Positions 1 through 14,623 of a stretch of 64,000 bases of DNA are shown here, one piece after another. The stretch spans positions 21,452,001-21,516,000 of the forward strand of contig OZ024740.1 of assembly GCA_964016885.1 (NCBI GenBank), in the 5' to 3' direction. Both the position numbers and the translations under genes were made by a program. The DNA is from Eledone cirrhosa. Lineage: Eukaryota. Each line of letters begins with the position of its first letter. Position 1 is the first letter of the stretch. A model generated the notes under the pieces. That model ran no database searches, was not told where the DNA came from, and saw nothing but the letters and a program-made list of their open reading frames with translations.

Positions 1-3000
1 CGTTCTAATCACTCTACCATTCTATCTGACGTTCTAATCACTCTACCATTCTATCTGACGTTCTAATGACTCTACCATTCTACCTGACATTCTAACGACT
101 CTACCATTCTATGTGACGTTCTATCCACTCTAGCATTCTATCTGACGTTCTAACCACTCTACCATTCTACCTGACGTTCTAATCATTTTACCATTCTATC
201 TGACGTTCTAACGACTCTACCATTCTACCTGACGTTCTAACCACTATACCATTCTATCTGACGTTCTAACCACTCTACCATTCTATCTGACGTTCTAACC
301 ACTCTGCCATTCTCTCTGACGTTCTGATAACTCTACCATTCTATCTGACGTTCTACACCACTATGCCATTCTATCTGAAGTTCTAATCACTCTACCATTC
401 TATCTGACGTTCTAACCACTCTACCATTCTATCTGACGTTCTAACCACTCTACCATTCTATCTAACGTTCTAACCCTTCTACCATTCTACCTGACGTTCT
501 AACGACTCTACCATTCTACCTGACGTTCTAATCACTCTACAATTCTATCTGACGTTCTAACCACTCTACCATTCTATCTGACGTTCTAACTACTTTACCA
601 TTCTATCTGACGTTCTAACCACACTACCATTCTATCTGACGTTCTAACTACTCTCCCATTCTATCTGACGTTCTAATCACTCTACCATTCCATATAACGT
701 TCTAACTACTCTACCATTCTATCTGACGTTCTAATCAATCTACCATTCTATCTGATGTTCTAACGACTCTACCATTCTACCTGACGTTCTAACCACTCTA
801 CCATTCTATATGACGTTCTAACCACTCTACCATTCTATCTGACGTTCTAATCACTCTACCATTCTATCAGACGTTCTAACGACTCTACCATTCTACCTGA
901 CGTTCTAACCACTCTACCATTCTACCTGACGTTATAACCACTCTACCATTCTATCAGACGTTTTAATCATTCTACCATTCTATCTGACGTTCTAATCACT
1001 CTACCATTCTATCTGACGTTCTAATCACTCTACCATTCTATCTGACGTTCTAATGACTCTACCATTCTACCTGACATTCTAACGACTCTACCATTCTATG
1101 TGACGTTCTATCCACTCTAGCATTCTATCTGACGTTCTAACCACTCTACCATTCTATCTGACGTTCTAACTACTCTCCCATTCTATCTGACGTTCTAATC
1201 ACTCTACCATTCCATATAACGTTCTAACTACTCTACCATTCTATCTGACGTTCTAATCAATCTACCATTCTATCTGATGTTCTAACGACTCTACCATTCT
1301 ACCTGACGTTCTAACGACTCTACCATTCTACCTGACGTTCTAATCACTCTACCATTCTATCTGACGTTCTAATGACTCTACCATTCTACCTGACATTCTA
1401 ACGACTCTACCATTCTATGTGACGTTCTATCCACTCTAGCATTCTATCTGACGTTCTAACCACTCTACCATTCTATCTGACGTTCTAACTACTCTCCCAT
1501 TCTATCTGACGTTCTAATCACTCTACCATTCCATATAACGTTCTAACTACTCTACCATTCTATCTGACGTTCTAATCAATCTACCATTCTATCTGATGTT
1601 CTAACGACTCTACCATTCTACCTGACGTTCTAACGACTCTACCATTCTACCTGACGTTCTAATCACTCTACCATTCTATCTGACGTTCTAACGACTCTAC
1701 CAATCTACCTGACGGTCTAATCACTCTACAATTTTATCTGACGTTCTAATCACTCTACCATTCTATCTGACGTTCTAACCACTCTACCATTCTATCTGAC
1801 GTTCTAACCACTCTACCATTCTATCTAACGTTCTAACCCCTCTACCATTCTATCTGACGTTCTAATGACTCTACCATTCTATCTGACGATCTAACCACTA
1901 TACCATTCTACCTGGCGTTCTAACCACTCTACCATTCTATCTGACATTCTAATGACTCTACCATTCTACCCGACGTTCTAACCACTCTACCATTCTATCT
2001 GACGTTCTAACCACTCTGCCATTTATTCTGACGTTCTAATCATTCTACCATTCTATCTGACCTTCTAGCGATTCTACCATTCTACCTGACGTTCTAACGA
2101 CTCTACCATTCTACCTGACGTTCTAACCACTCTACCATTCTATATGACGTTCTAACCACTCTACCATTCTATCTGACGTTCTAATCACTCTACCATTCTA
2201 TCTGACGTTCTAACTACTTTACCATTCTATCTGACGTTCTAACAACTCTACCATTCTATCTGACGTTCTAACTACTCTCCCATTCTATCTGACGTTCTAA
2301 TCACTCTACCATTCTATCTGACGTTCTAACGACTCTACCATTCTACCTGACGTTCTAACCACTCTACCATTCTACCTGACGTTCTAACCACTCTACCATT
2401 CTATCAGACGATTTAATCATTCTACCATTCTATCTGACGTTCTAATCACTCTACCATTCTATCTGACGTTCTAATCACTCTACCATTCTACCTGACGTTC
2501 TAACCACTCTACCATTCTATCAGACGTTTTAATCATTCTACCATTCTATCTGACGTTCTAATCACTCTACCATTCTATCTGACGTTCTAAGCACTCTACC
2601 ATTCTGTCTGACATTCTAACGACTCTACCATTCTATGTGACGTTTTATCCACTCTAGCATTCTATCTGACGTTCTAACTACTCTACCATTCTATCTGACG
2701 TTCTAACTACTCTACAATTCTATCTGACGTTCTAATCACTCTACCATTCTATCTGACGCTCTAACCACTCTACCATTCTACCTGACGTTCTAATCATTCT
2801 ACCATTCTATTTGACGTTCTAACGACTCTACCATTCTACCTGACGTTCTAACGACTCTACCATTCTACCTGACGCTCTAATCACTCTACCATTCTATCTG
2901 ACGTTCTAACGACTCTACCATTCTACCTGACGGTCTAATCACTCTACAATTTTATCTGACATTCTAATCACTCTACCATTCTATCTGACGTTCTAACCAC

Positions 3001-6000
3001 TCTGCCATTCTATCTGACGTTCTGATCACTCTACCATTCTATCTGACGTTCTAACCACTCTGCCATTCTATCTGAAGTTCTAATCACTCTACCATTCTAT
3101 CTGACGTTCTAACCACTCTACCATTCTATCTGACGTTCTAACCACTCTGCAATTCTATCTGAAGTTCTAATCACTCTACCATTCTATCTAACGTTCTAAC
3201 CCCTCTACCATTCTATCTGACGTTCTAATGACTCTACCATTCTACCTGACGTTCTAACCAATCTACCATTCTACCTGGCGTTCTAACCACTCTACCATTC
3301 TATCTGACGTTCTAATGACTCTACCATTCTACCCGACGTTCTAACCACTCTACCGTTCTATCTGACTTTCTAACCACTCTACTATTCTATCTGACGCTCT
3401 AACCACTCTACCATTCTATCTGACGTTCTAACCACTCTGCCATTCTATCTGACGTTCTAACCATCCTACCATTCTATATGACGTTCTAACCACTCTACCA
3501 TTCTATCTGACGTTCTAACCACTCTACCATTCTATCTGACGTTCTAACCACTCTACTATTCTATCTGACGTTCTAACCACTCTACCATTCTATCTGATGT
3601 TCTACCCATTCTACCATTCTATCTGACGATCTAACCACTCTGCCATTCTATCTGACGTTCTAACCACTCTACCATTCTATCTGACGTTCTAACCACTCTA
3701 CCATTCTATCTGACGTTCTAACCACTCTACCATTCTATCTGACATTCTAACGACTCTACCATTCTATCAGACGCTCTATCCACTCTACCATTCTATCTAA
3801 CGTTCTAACCACTCTACCATTCTATCTGACGTTCCAACCACTCTACCATTCTATCTGACGTTCTAACCACTCTACCATTCTATCTGACGTTCTAACCACT
3901 TTGCCATTCTATCTGACGTTCTAACCACTCTACCATTCTATCTGACGTTCTAACGATGCTATCATTCTATCTGACGTTCTAACGACTCTACCATTCTATC
4001 TGACATTCTAACGACTCTACCATTCTATGTGACGTTTTATCCACTCTAGCATTCTATCTGACGTTCTAACTACTCTACCATTCTATCTGACGTTCTAACT
4101 ACTCTACAATTCTATCTGACGTTCTAATCACTCTACCATTCTATCTGACGCTCTAACCACTCTACCATTCTACCTGACGTTCTAATCATTCTACCATTCT
4201 ATTTGACGTTCTAACGACTCTACCATTCTACCTGACGTTCTAACGACTCTACCATTCTACCTGACGTTCTAATCACTCTACCATTCTATCTGACGTTCTA
4301 ACGACTCTACCATTCTACCTGACGGTCTAATCACTCTACAATTTTATCTGACGTTCTAATCACTCTACCATTCTATCTGACGTTCTAACCACTCTGCCAT
4401 TCTATCTGACGTTCTGATCACTCTACCATTCTATCTGACGTTCTAACCACTCTGCCATTCTATCTGACGTTCTAACCACTCTACCATTCTATCTAACGTT
4501 CTAACCACTCTACCATTCTATCTAACGTTCTAACCCCTCTACCATTCTACCTGACGTTCTAACGACTCTACCATTCTACCTGACGTTCTAATCACTCTAC
4601 AATTCTATCTGACGTTCTAACCACTCTACCATTCTATCTGACGTTCTAACTACTTTACCATTCTATCTGACGTTCTAACCACACTACCATTCTATCTGAC
4701 GTTCTAACTACTCTCCCATTCTATCTGACGTTCTAATCACTCTACCATTCCATATAACGTTCTAACTACTCTACCATTCTATCTGACGTTCTAATCAATC
4801 TACCATTCTATCTGATGTTCTAACGACTCTACCATTCTACCTGACGTTCTAACCACTCTACCATTATATATGACGTTCTAACCACTCTACCATTCTATCT
4901 GACGTTCTAATCACTCTACCATTCTATCAGACGTTCTAACGACTCTACCATTCTACCTGACGTTCTAACCACTCTACCATTCTACCTGACGTTATAACCA
5001 CTCTACCATTCTATCAGACGTTTTAATCATTCTACCATTCTATCTGACGTTCTAATCACTCTACCATTCTATCTGACGTTCTAATCACTCTACCATTCTA
5101 TCTGACGTTCTAATGACTCTACCATTCTACCTGACATTCTAACGACTCTACCATTCTATGTGACGTTCTATCCACTCTAGCATTCTATCTGACGTTCTAA
5201 CCACTCTACCATTCTATCTGACGTTCTAACTACTCTCCCATTCTATCTGACGTTCTAATCACTCTACCATTCCATATAACGTTCTAACTACTCTACCATT
5301 CTATCTGACGTTCTAATCAATCTACCATTCTATCTGATGTTCTAACGACTCTACCATTCTACCTGACGTTCTAACGACTCTACCATTCTACCTGACGTTC
5401 TAATCACTCTACCATTCTATCTGACGTTCTAATGACTCTACCATTCTACCTGACATTCTAACGACTCTACCATTGTATGTGACGTTCTATCCACTCTAGC
5501 ATTCTATCTGACGTTCTAACCACTCTACCATTCTATCTGACGTTCTAACTACTCTCCCATTCTATCTGACGTTCTAATCACTCTACCATTCCATATAACG
5601 TTCTAACTACTCTACCATTCTATCTGACGTTCTAATCAATCTACCATTCTATCTGATGTTCTAACGACTCTACCATTCTACCTGACGTTCTAACGACTCT
5701 ACCATTCTACCTGACGTTCTAATCACTCTACCATTCTATCTGACGTTCTAACGACTCTACCATTCTACCTGACGGTCTAATCACTCTACAATTTTATCTG
5801 ACGTTCTAATCACTCTACCATTCTATCTGACGTTCTAACCACTCTACCATTCTATCTGACGTTCTAACCACTCTACCATTCTATCTAACGTTCTAACCCC
5901 TCTACCATTCTATCTGACGTTCTAATGACTCTACCATTCTATCTGACGATCTAACCACTATACCATTCTACCTGGCGTTCTAACCACTCTACCATTCTAT

Positions 6001-9000
6001 CTGACATTCTAATGACTCTACCATTCTACCCGACGTTCTAACCACTCTACCATTCTATCTGACGTTCTAACCACTCTGCCATTTATTCTGACGTTCTAAT
6101 CATTCTACCATTCTATCTGACCTTCTAGCGATTCTACCATTCTACCTGACGTTCTAACGACTCTACCATTCTACCTGACGTTCTAACCACTCTACCATTC
6201 TATATGACGTTCTAACCACTCTACCATTCTATCTGACGTTCTAATCACTCTACCATTCTATCTGACGTTCTAACTACTTTACCATTCTATCTGACGTTCT
6301 AACAACTCTACCATTCTATCTGACGTTCTAACTACTCTCCCATTCTATCTGACGTTCTAATCACTCTACCATTCTATCTGACGTTCTAACGACTCTACCA
6401 TTCTACCTGACGTTCTAACCACTCTACCATTCTACCTGACGTTCTAACCACTCTACCATTCTATCAGACGATTTAATCATTCTACCATTCTATCTGACGT
6501 TCTAATCACTCTACCATTCTATCTGACGTTCTAATCACTCTACCATTCTACCTGACGTTCTAACCACTCTACCATTCTATCAGACGTTTTAATCATTCTA
6601 CCATTCTATCTGACGTTCTAATCACTCTACCATTCTATCTGACGTTCTAAGCACTCTACCATTCTATCTGACATTCTAACGACTCTACCATTCTATGTGA
6701 CGTTTTATCCACTCTAGCATTCTATCTGACGTTCTAACTACTCTACCATTCTATCTGACGTTCTAACTACTCTACAATTCTATCTGACGTTCTAATCACT
6801 CTACCATTCTATCTGACGCTCTAACCACTCTACCATTCTACCTGACGTTCTAATCATTCTACCATTCTATTTGACGTTCTAACGACTCTACCATTCTACC
6901 TGACGTTCTAACGACTCTACCATTCTACCTGACGCTCTAATCACTCTACCATTCTATCTGACGTTCTAACGACTCTACCATTCTACCTGACGGTCTAATC
7001 ACTCTACAATTTTATCTGACATTCTAATCACTCTACCATTCTATCTGACGTTCTAACCACTCTGCCATTCTATCTGACGTTCTGATCACTCTACCATTCT
7101 ATCTGACGTTCTAACCACTCTGCCATTCTATCTGAAGTTCTAATCACTCTACCATTCTATCTGACGTTCTAACCACTCTACCATTCTATCTGACGTTCTA
7201 ACCACTCTACCATTCTATCTGACATTCTAACGACTCTACCATTCTATCAGACGCTCTATCCACTCTACCATTCTATCTAACGTTCTAACCACTCTACCAT
7301 TCTATCTGACGTTCCAACCACTCTACCATTCTATCTGACGTTCTAACCACTCTACCATTCTATCTGACGTTCTAACCACTTTGCCATTCTATCTGACGTT
7401 CTAACCACTCTACCATTCTATCTGACGTTCTAACGATGCTATCATTCTATCTGACGTTCTAACGACTCTACCATTCTATCTGACATTCTAACGACTCTAC
7501 CATTCTATGTGACGTTTTATCCACTCTAGCATTCTATCTGACGTTCTAACTACTCTACCATTCTATCTGACGTTCTAACTACTCTACAATTCTATCTGAC
7601 GTTCTAATCACTCTACCATTCTATCTGACGCTCTAACCACTCTACCATTCTACCTGACGTTCTAATCATTCTACCATTCTATTTGACGTTCTAACGACTC
7701 TACCATTCTACCTGACGTTCTAACGACTCTACCATTCTACCTGACGTTCTAATCACTCTACCATTCTATCTGACGTTCTAACGACTCTACCATTCTACCT
7801 GACGGTCTAATCACTCTACAATTTTATCTGACGTTCTAATCACTCTACCATTCTATCTGACGTTCTAACCACTCTGCCATTCTATCTGACGTTCTGATCA
7901 CTCTACCATTCTATCTGACGTTCTAACCACTCTGCCATTCTATCTGACGTTCTAACCACTCTACCATTCTATCTAACGTTCTAACCACTCTACCATTCTA
8001 TCTAACGTTCTAACCCCTCTACCATTCTACCTGACGTTCTAACGACTCTACCATTCTACCTGACGTTCTAATCACTCTACAATTCTATCTGACGTTCTAA
8101 CCACTCTACCATTCTATCTGACGTTCTAACTACTTTACCATTCTATCTGACGTTCTAACCACACTACCATTCTATCTGACGTTCTAACTACTCTCCCATT
8201 CTATCTGACGTTCTAATCACTCTACCATTCCATATAACGTTCTAACTACTCTACCATTCTATCTGACGTTCTAATCAATCTACCATTCTATCTGATGTTC
8301 TAACGACTCTACCATTCTACCTGACGTTCTAACCACTCTACCATTCTATATGACGTTCTAACCACTCTACCATTCTATCTGACGTTCTAATCACTCTACC
8401 ATTCTATCAGACGTTCTAACGACTCTACCATTCTACCTGACGTTCTAACCACTCTACCATTCTACCTGACGTTATAACCACTCTACCATTCTATCAGACG
8501 TTTTAATCATTCTACCATTCTATCTGACGTTCTAATCACTCTACCATTCTATCTGACGTTCTAATCACTCTACCATTCTATCTGACGTTCTAATGACTCT
8601 ACCATTCTACCTGACATTCTAACGACTCTACCATTCTATGTGACGTTCTATCCACTCTAGCATTCTATCTGACGTTCTAACCACTCTACCATTCTATCTG
8701 ACGTTCTAACTACTCTCCCATTCTATCTGACGTTCTAATCACTCTACCATTCCATATAACGTTCTAACTACTCTACCATTCTATCTGACGTTCTAATCAA
8801 TCTACCATTCTATCTGATGTTCTAACGACTCTACCATTCTACCTGACGTTCTAACGACTCTACCATTCTACCTGACGTTCTAATCACTCTACCATTCTAT
8901 CTGACGTTCTAATGACTCTACCATTCTACCTGACATTCTAACGACTCTACCATTCTATGTGACGTTCTATCCACTCTAGCATTCTATCTGACGTTCTAAC

Positions 9001-12000
9001 CACTCTACCATTCTATCTGACGTTCTAACTACTCTCCCATTCTATCTGACGTTCTAATCACTCTACCATTCCATATAACGTTCTAACTACTCTACCATTC
9101 TATCTGACGTTCTAATCAATCTACCATTCTATCTGATGTTCTAACGACTCTACCATTCTACCTGACGTTCTAACGACTCTACCATTCTACCTGACGTTCT
9201 AATCACTCTACCATTCTATCTGACGTTCTAACGACTCTACCATTCTACCTGACGGTCTAATCACTCTACAATTTTATCTGACGTTCTAATCACTCTACCA
9301 TTCTATCTGACGTTCTAACCACTCTACCATTCTATCTGACGTTCTAACCACTCTACCATTCTATCTAACGTTCTAACCCCTCTACCATTCTATCTGACGT
9401 TCTAATGACTCTACCATTCTATCTGACGATCTAACCACTATACCATTCTACCTGGCGTTCTAACCACTCTACCATTCTATCTGACATTCTAATGACTCTA
9501 CCATTCTACCCGACGTTCTAACCACTCTACCATTCTATCTGACGTTCTAACCACTCTGCCATTTATTCTGACGTTCTAATCATTCTACCATTCTATCTGA
9601 CCTTCTAGCGATTCTACCATTCTACCTGACGTTCTAACGACTCTACCATTCTACCTGACGTTCTAACCACTCTACCATTCTATATGACGTTCTAACCACT
9701 CTACCATTCTATCTGACGTTCTAATCACTCTACCATTCTATCTGACGTTCTAACTACTTTACCATTCTATCTGACGTTCTAACAACTCTACCATTCTATC
9801 TGACGTTCTAACTACTCTCCCATTCTATCTGACGTTCTAATCACTCTACCATTCTATCTGACGTTCTAACGACTCTACCATTCTACCTGACGTTCTAACC
9901 ACTCTACCATTCTACCTGACGTTCTAACCACTCTACCATTCTATCAGACGATTTAATCATTCTACCATTCTATCTGACGTTCTAATCACTCTACCATTCT
10001 ATCTGACGTTCTAATCACTCTACCATTCTACCTGACGTTCTAACCACTCTACCATTCTATCAGACGTTTTAATCATTCTACCATTCTATCTGACGTTCTA
10101 ATCACTCTACCATTCTATCTGACGTTCTAAGCACTCTACCATTCTATCTGACATTCTAACGACTCTACCATTCTATGTGACGTTTTATCCACTCTAGCAT
10201 TCTATCTGACGTTCTAACTACTCTACCATTCTATCTGACGTTCTAACTACTCTACAATTCTATCTGACGTTCTAATCACTCTACCATTCTATCTGACGCT
10301 CTAACCACTCTACCATTCTACCTGACGTTCTAATCATTCTACCATTCTATTTGACGTTCTAACGACTCTACCATTCTACCTGACGTTCTAACGACTCTAC
10401 CATTCTACCTGACGCTCTAATCACTCTACCATTCTATCTGACGTTCTAACGACTCTACCATTCTACCTGACGGTCTAATCACTCTACAATTTTATCTGAC
10501 ATTCTAATCACTCTACCATTCTATCTGACGTTCTAACCACTCTGCCATTCTATCTGACGTTCTGATCACTCTACCATTCTATCTGACGTTCTAACCACTC
10601 TGCCATTCTATCTGAAGTTCTAATCACTCTACCATTCTATCTGACGTTCTAACCACTCTACCATTCTATCTGACGTTCTAACCACTCTGCAATTCTATCT
10701 GAAGTTCTAATCACTCTACCATTCTATCTAACGTTCTAACCCCTCTACCATTCTATCTGACGTTCTAATGACTCTACCATTCTACCTGACGTTCTAACCA
10801 ATCTACCATTCTACCTGGCGTTCTAACCACTCTACCATTCTATCTGACGTTCTAATGACTCTACCATTCTACCCGACGTTCTAACCACTCTACCGTTCTA
10901 TCTGACTTTCTAACCACTCTACTATTCTATCTGACGCTCTAACCACTCTACCATTCTATCTGACGTTCTAACCACTCTGCCATTCTATCTGACGTTCTAA
11001 CCATCCTACCATTTTATATGACGTTCTAACCACTCTACCATTCTATCTGACGTTCTAACCACTCTACCATTCTATCTGACGTTCTAACCACTCTACTATT
11101 CTATCTGACGTTCTAACCACTCTACCATTCTATCTGATGTTCTACCCATTCTACCATTCTATCTGACGATCTAACCACTCTGCCATTCTATCTGACGTTC
11201 TAACCACTCTACCATTCTATCTGACGTTCTAACCACTCTACCATTCTATCTGACGTTCTAACCACTCTACCATTCTATCTGACATTCTAACGACTCTACC
11301 ATTCTATCAGACGCTCTATCCACTCTACCATTCTATCTAACGTTCTAACCACTCTACCATTCTATCTGACGTTCCAACCACTCTACCATTCTATCTGACG
11401 TTCTAACCACTCTACCATTCTATCTGACGTTCTAACCACTTTGCCATTCTATCTGACGTTCTAACCACTCTACCATTCTATCTGACGTTCTAACGATGCT
11501 ATCATTCTATCTGACGTTCTAACGACTCTACCATTCTATCTGACATTCTAACGACTCTACCATTCTATGTGACGTTTTATCCACTCTAGCATTCTATCTG
11601 ACGTTCTAACTACTCTACCATTCTATCTGACGTTCTAACTACTCTACAATTCTATCTGACGTTCTAATCACTCTACCATTCTATCTGACGCTCTAACCAC
11701 TCTACCATTCTACCTGACGTTCTAATCATTCTACCATTCTATTTGACGTTCTAACGACTCTACCATTCTACCTGACGTTCTAACGACTCTACCATTCTAC
11801 CTGACGTTCTAATCACTCTACCATTCTATCTGACGTTCTAACGACTCTACCATTCTACCTGACGGTCTAATCACTCTACAATTTTATCTGACGTTCTAAT
11901 CACTCTACCATTCTATCTGACGTTCTAACCACTCTGCCATTCTATCTGACGTTCTGATCACTCTACCATTCTATCTGACGTTCTAACCACTCTGCCATTC

Positions 12001-13369
12001 TATCTGAAGTTCTAATCACTCTACCATTCTATCTGACGTTCTAACCACTCTACCATTCTATCTGACGTTCTAACCACTCTGCCATTCTATCTGAAGTTCT
12101 AATCACTCTACCATTCTATCTAACGTTCTAACCCCTCTACCATTCTATCTGACGTTCTAATGACTCTACCATTCTACCTGACGTTCTAACCAATCTACCA
12201 TTCTACCTGGCGTTCTAACCACTCTACCATTCTATCTGACGTTCTAATGACTCTACCATTCTACCCGACGTTCTAACCACTCTACCGTTCTATCTGACAT
12301 TCTAACCACTCTACTATTCTATCTGACGCTCTAACCACTCTACCATTCTATCTGACGTTCTAACCACTCTGCCATTCTATCTGACGTTCTAACCATCCTA
12401 CCATTCTATGTGACGTTCTAACCACTCTACCATTCTATCTGACGTTCTAACCACTCTACCATTCTATCTGACGTTCTAACCACTCTACTATTCTATCTGA
12501 CGTTCTAACCACTCTACCATTCTATCTGATGTTCTACCCATTCTACCATTCTATCTGACGATCTAACCACTCTGCCATTCTATCTGACGTTCTAACCACT
12601 CTACCATTCTATCTGACGTTCTAACCACTCTACCATTCTATCTGACGTTCTAACCACTCTACCATTCTATCTGACATTCTAACGACTCTACCATTCTATC
12701 AGACGCTCTATCCACTCTACCATTCTATCTAACGTTCTAACCACTCTACCATTATATCTGACGTTCCAACCACTCTACAATTCTATCTGACGTTCTAACC
12801 ACTCTACCATTCCATCTGACGTTCTAACCACTCTACCATTCTATCTGACGTTCTAACCACTTTGCCATTCTATCTGACGTTCTAACCACTCTACCATTCT
12901 ATCTGACGTTCTAACGACGCTATCATTCTATCTGACGTTCTAACGACTCTACCATTCTATCTGACGTTCTAACGCCTCTACCATTCTATCTAACGTTCTA
13001 ACCACTCTACCATTCTATCTGACGTTCTAACCACTCTACCATTCTATCTGACGTTCTAACCACTCTACTATTCTATCTGACGTTCTAACCACTCTGCCAT
13101 TCTATCTGACGTTCTAACCACTCTACCATTCTATCTGACGTTCTAACCACTCTACCATTCTATCTGACGTTCTAACCACTCTACCATTCTATCTGACGTT
13201 CTAACGACTCGACCATTCTCTCTGACGTTCTAACCACTCTACCATTCTATCTGACGTTCTAACCACTCTACCATTCTATCTGACGTTCTAACCACTCTAC
13301 CATTCTATCTGACGTTCTAACCACTCTACCATTCTATCTGACGTTCTAACAACTCTACCATTCTATCTG
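1..13369. repeat. 29-bp tandem satellite (consensus GACGTTCTAACCACTCTACCATTCTATCT), ~460 monomers, with higher-order repeats
   Basis: Continuous monomer array. Diagnostic variants recur at 4060-bp (140-mer) and 3480-bp (120-mer) spacings, e.g. CCATATAAC at 690/4750/8230. Confidence 0.98.
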
Positions 13370-13370
13370 G

Positions 13371-13514
13371 CACATTACTGGTTCTTGATTTTATCGACCC
13401 CGTAAGGATGAAAGGCAAAGTTAACCTCGGCGGGATTTGAACTCAGTCCATAAAGGGCCGTAACTCTATGCGTCAACGGCATGACGTCCGACCCTCTACC
13501 GATATTGCCAATTC
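13371..13514 (-). mobile_element. tRNA-derived SINE, partial, abutting the satellite
   Basis: Same core (TTTTATCGACCCCGTAAGGATGAAAGGCAAAG) and B-box (rc GAGTTCAAATCC) as the other copies in the window. Confidence 0.85.
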
Positions 13515-13519
13515 ATATT

Positions 13520-13708
13520 AATAATTGTTTCTACTTTAGGCACAAGGCCAGCAAATACCCAGTACATTACTGGTACTTTATTTTATCGACCCCGTAAGGA
13601 TGAAAGGCAAAGTTAACCTTGGCGGGATTTGAACTCACACCGTAAAGGGATGTAACTATGCTAGAAAGCATGGCTTCCAACCCTTTACCGATACTGCCAA
13701 TTCACCCA
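13520..13708 (-). mobile_element. tRNA-derived SINE
   Basis: On the minus strand: A-box-like head, B-box, core, and tail ending GTAGAAACAATTATT. Confidence 0.88.
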
Positions 13709-14291
13709 TTCATATTAATAATACTAGCGTGTTACCCGTCATGTAACAGGTAAATTTAAAGGTACACGTTTCCAGATCTGCCAATCTCAAAAAACCCAAA
13801 CGGAGAGTACCATGAAAATAAGTGCCCCAAAACGGCGAGAAATGAGGCAAAATGGGGGAATTTTTCGTAATGAAAGCTATACCCATTTTCACAAGAGAAA
13901 ACATCTCTTACCCACCCAAGAAGCTATTGCAAATCTCCCCGGTGGACTGGGAGAGTTGACAGGTCTACGTTACCCGCGGGTAATCACAGGAAAGTATATA
14001 AAATGTATAAATTTAATAATATAAATAAGTAAATGAATTCACCATGGCTGTTGTTGACTAACATAATTAATTATTTTGCAAGGTGTGTTGTACCTTGAAA
14101 TCGTGTGTTGAAACAGATATAGTTATATAATAGCATTGATGCTCTGAAATAGCGATGTATACGTGAATATATGTATAGTATATTTGGCAATATACTGTAT
14201 GTTTAATTAAAAACATTTAGAAGACCATTCGCTATGAGTTTTAAAGTAGTGACTATGTCACTTACTTAATATCGGCAAATAACAACTGAAA

Positions 14292-14341
14292 GTGGCCGAC
14301 AGACAGTCTGTTTCTCGCTTGTGAGCGTTTATCAAGACCAC
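14292..14341 (-). ncRNA. Minimal type I hammerhead ribozyme motif, U3-A8 core variant
   Basis: Reverse-complement copy of the motif at 14574-14623. Confidence 0.6.
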
Positions 14342-14573
14342 ACACTCAGTTACCTTTGCCGAGAATTCTAGAAGCTGGATTCTTATAGAATTCCAGTAAT
14401 AATCTGGAGCTGATTACACAGAGCGGTTGCTGGTCCAGCAACAATTAGGTATTAGTATTGGTGCTCTGAAATAGCGATGTATACATGAATGTATGTATAG
14501 CATATTTGGCAATATACTGTATGTTTAATTAAAAACATTTAGAACACCATTCTCGGCAAAGGCGGCAGAGTGT

Positions 14574-14623
14574 GTGGTCTTGATAAACGCTCACAAGCGA
14601 GAAACAGACTGTCTGTCGGCCAC
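14574..14623 (+). ncRNA. Minimal type I hammerhead ribozyme motif, U3-A8 core variant
   Basis: Stem I GTGGTC/GGCCAC, core TTGATAA, stem II CGCT/AGCG, GAAA, self-complementary stem III ACAGAC-T-GTCTGT, GUC site at 14617. Confidence 0.65.

Noticed and set aside
1-13369. CRISPR-like array of 29-bp repeats
   Set aside because: Monomers are contiguous with no unique spacers, there are no cas genes, and the context is eukaryotic.
13724-13995. Possible Helentron/DINE-like non-autonomous element (ACTAG start, TTACCCG motifs, terminal TTACCCGCGGGTAA palindrome)
   Set aside because: Single copy in the window with uncertain ends; too weak to call.
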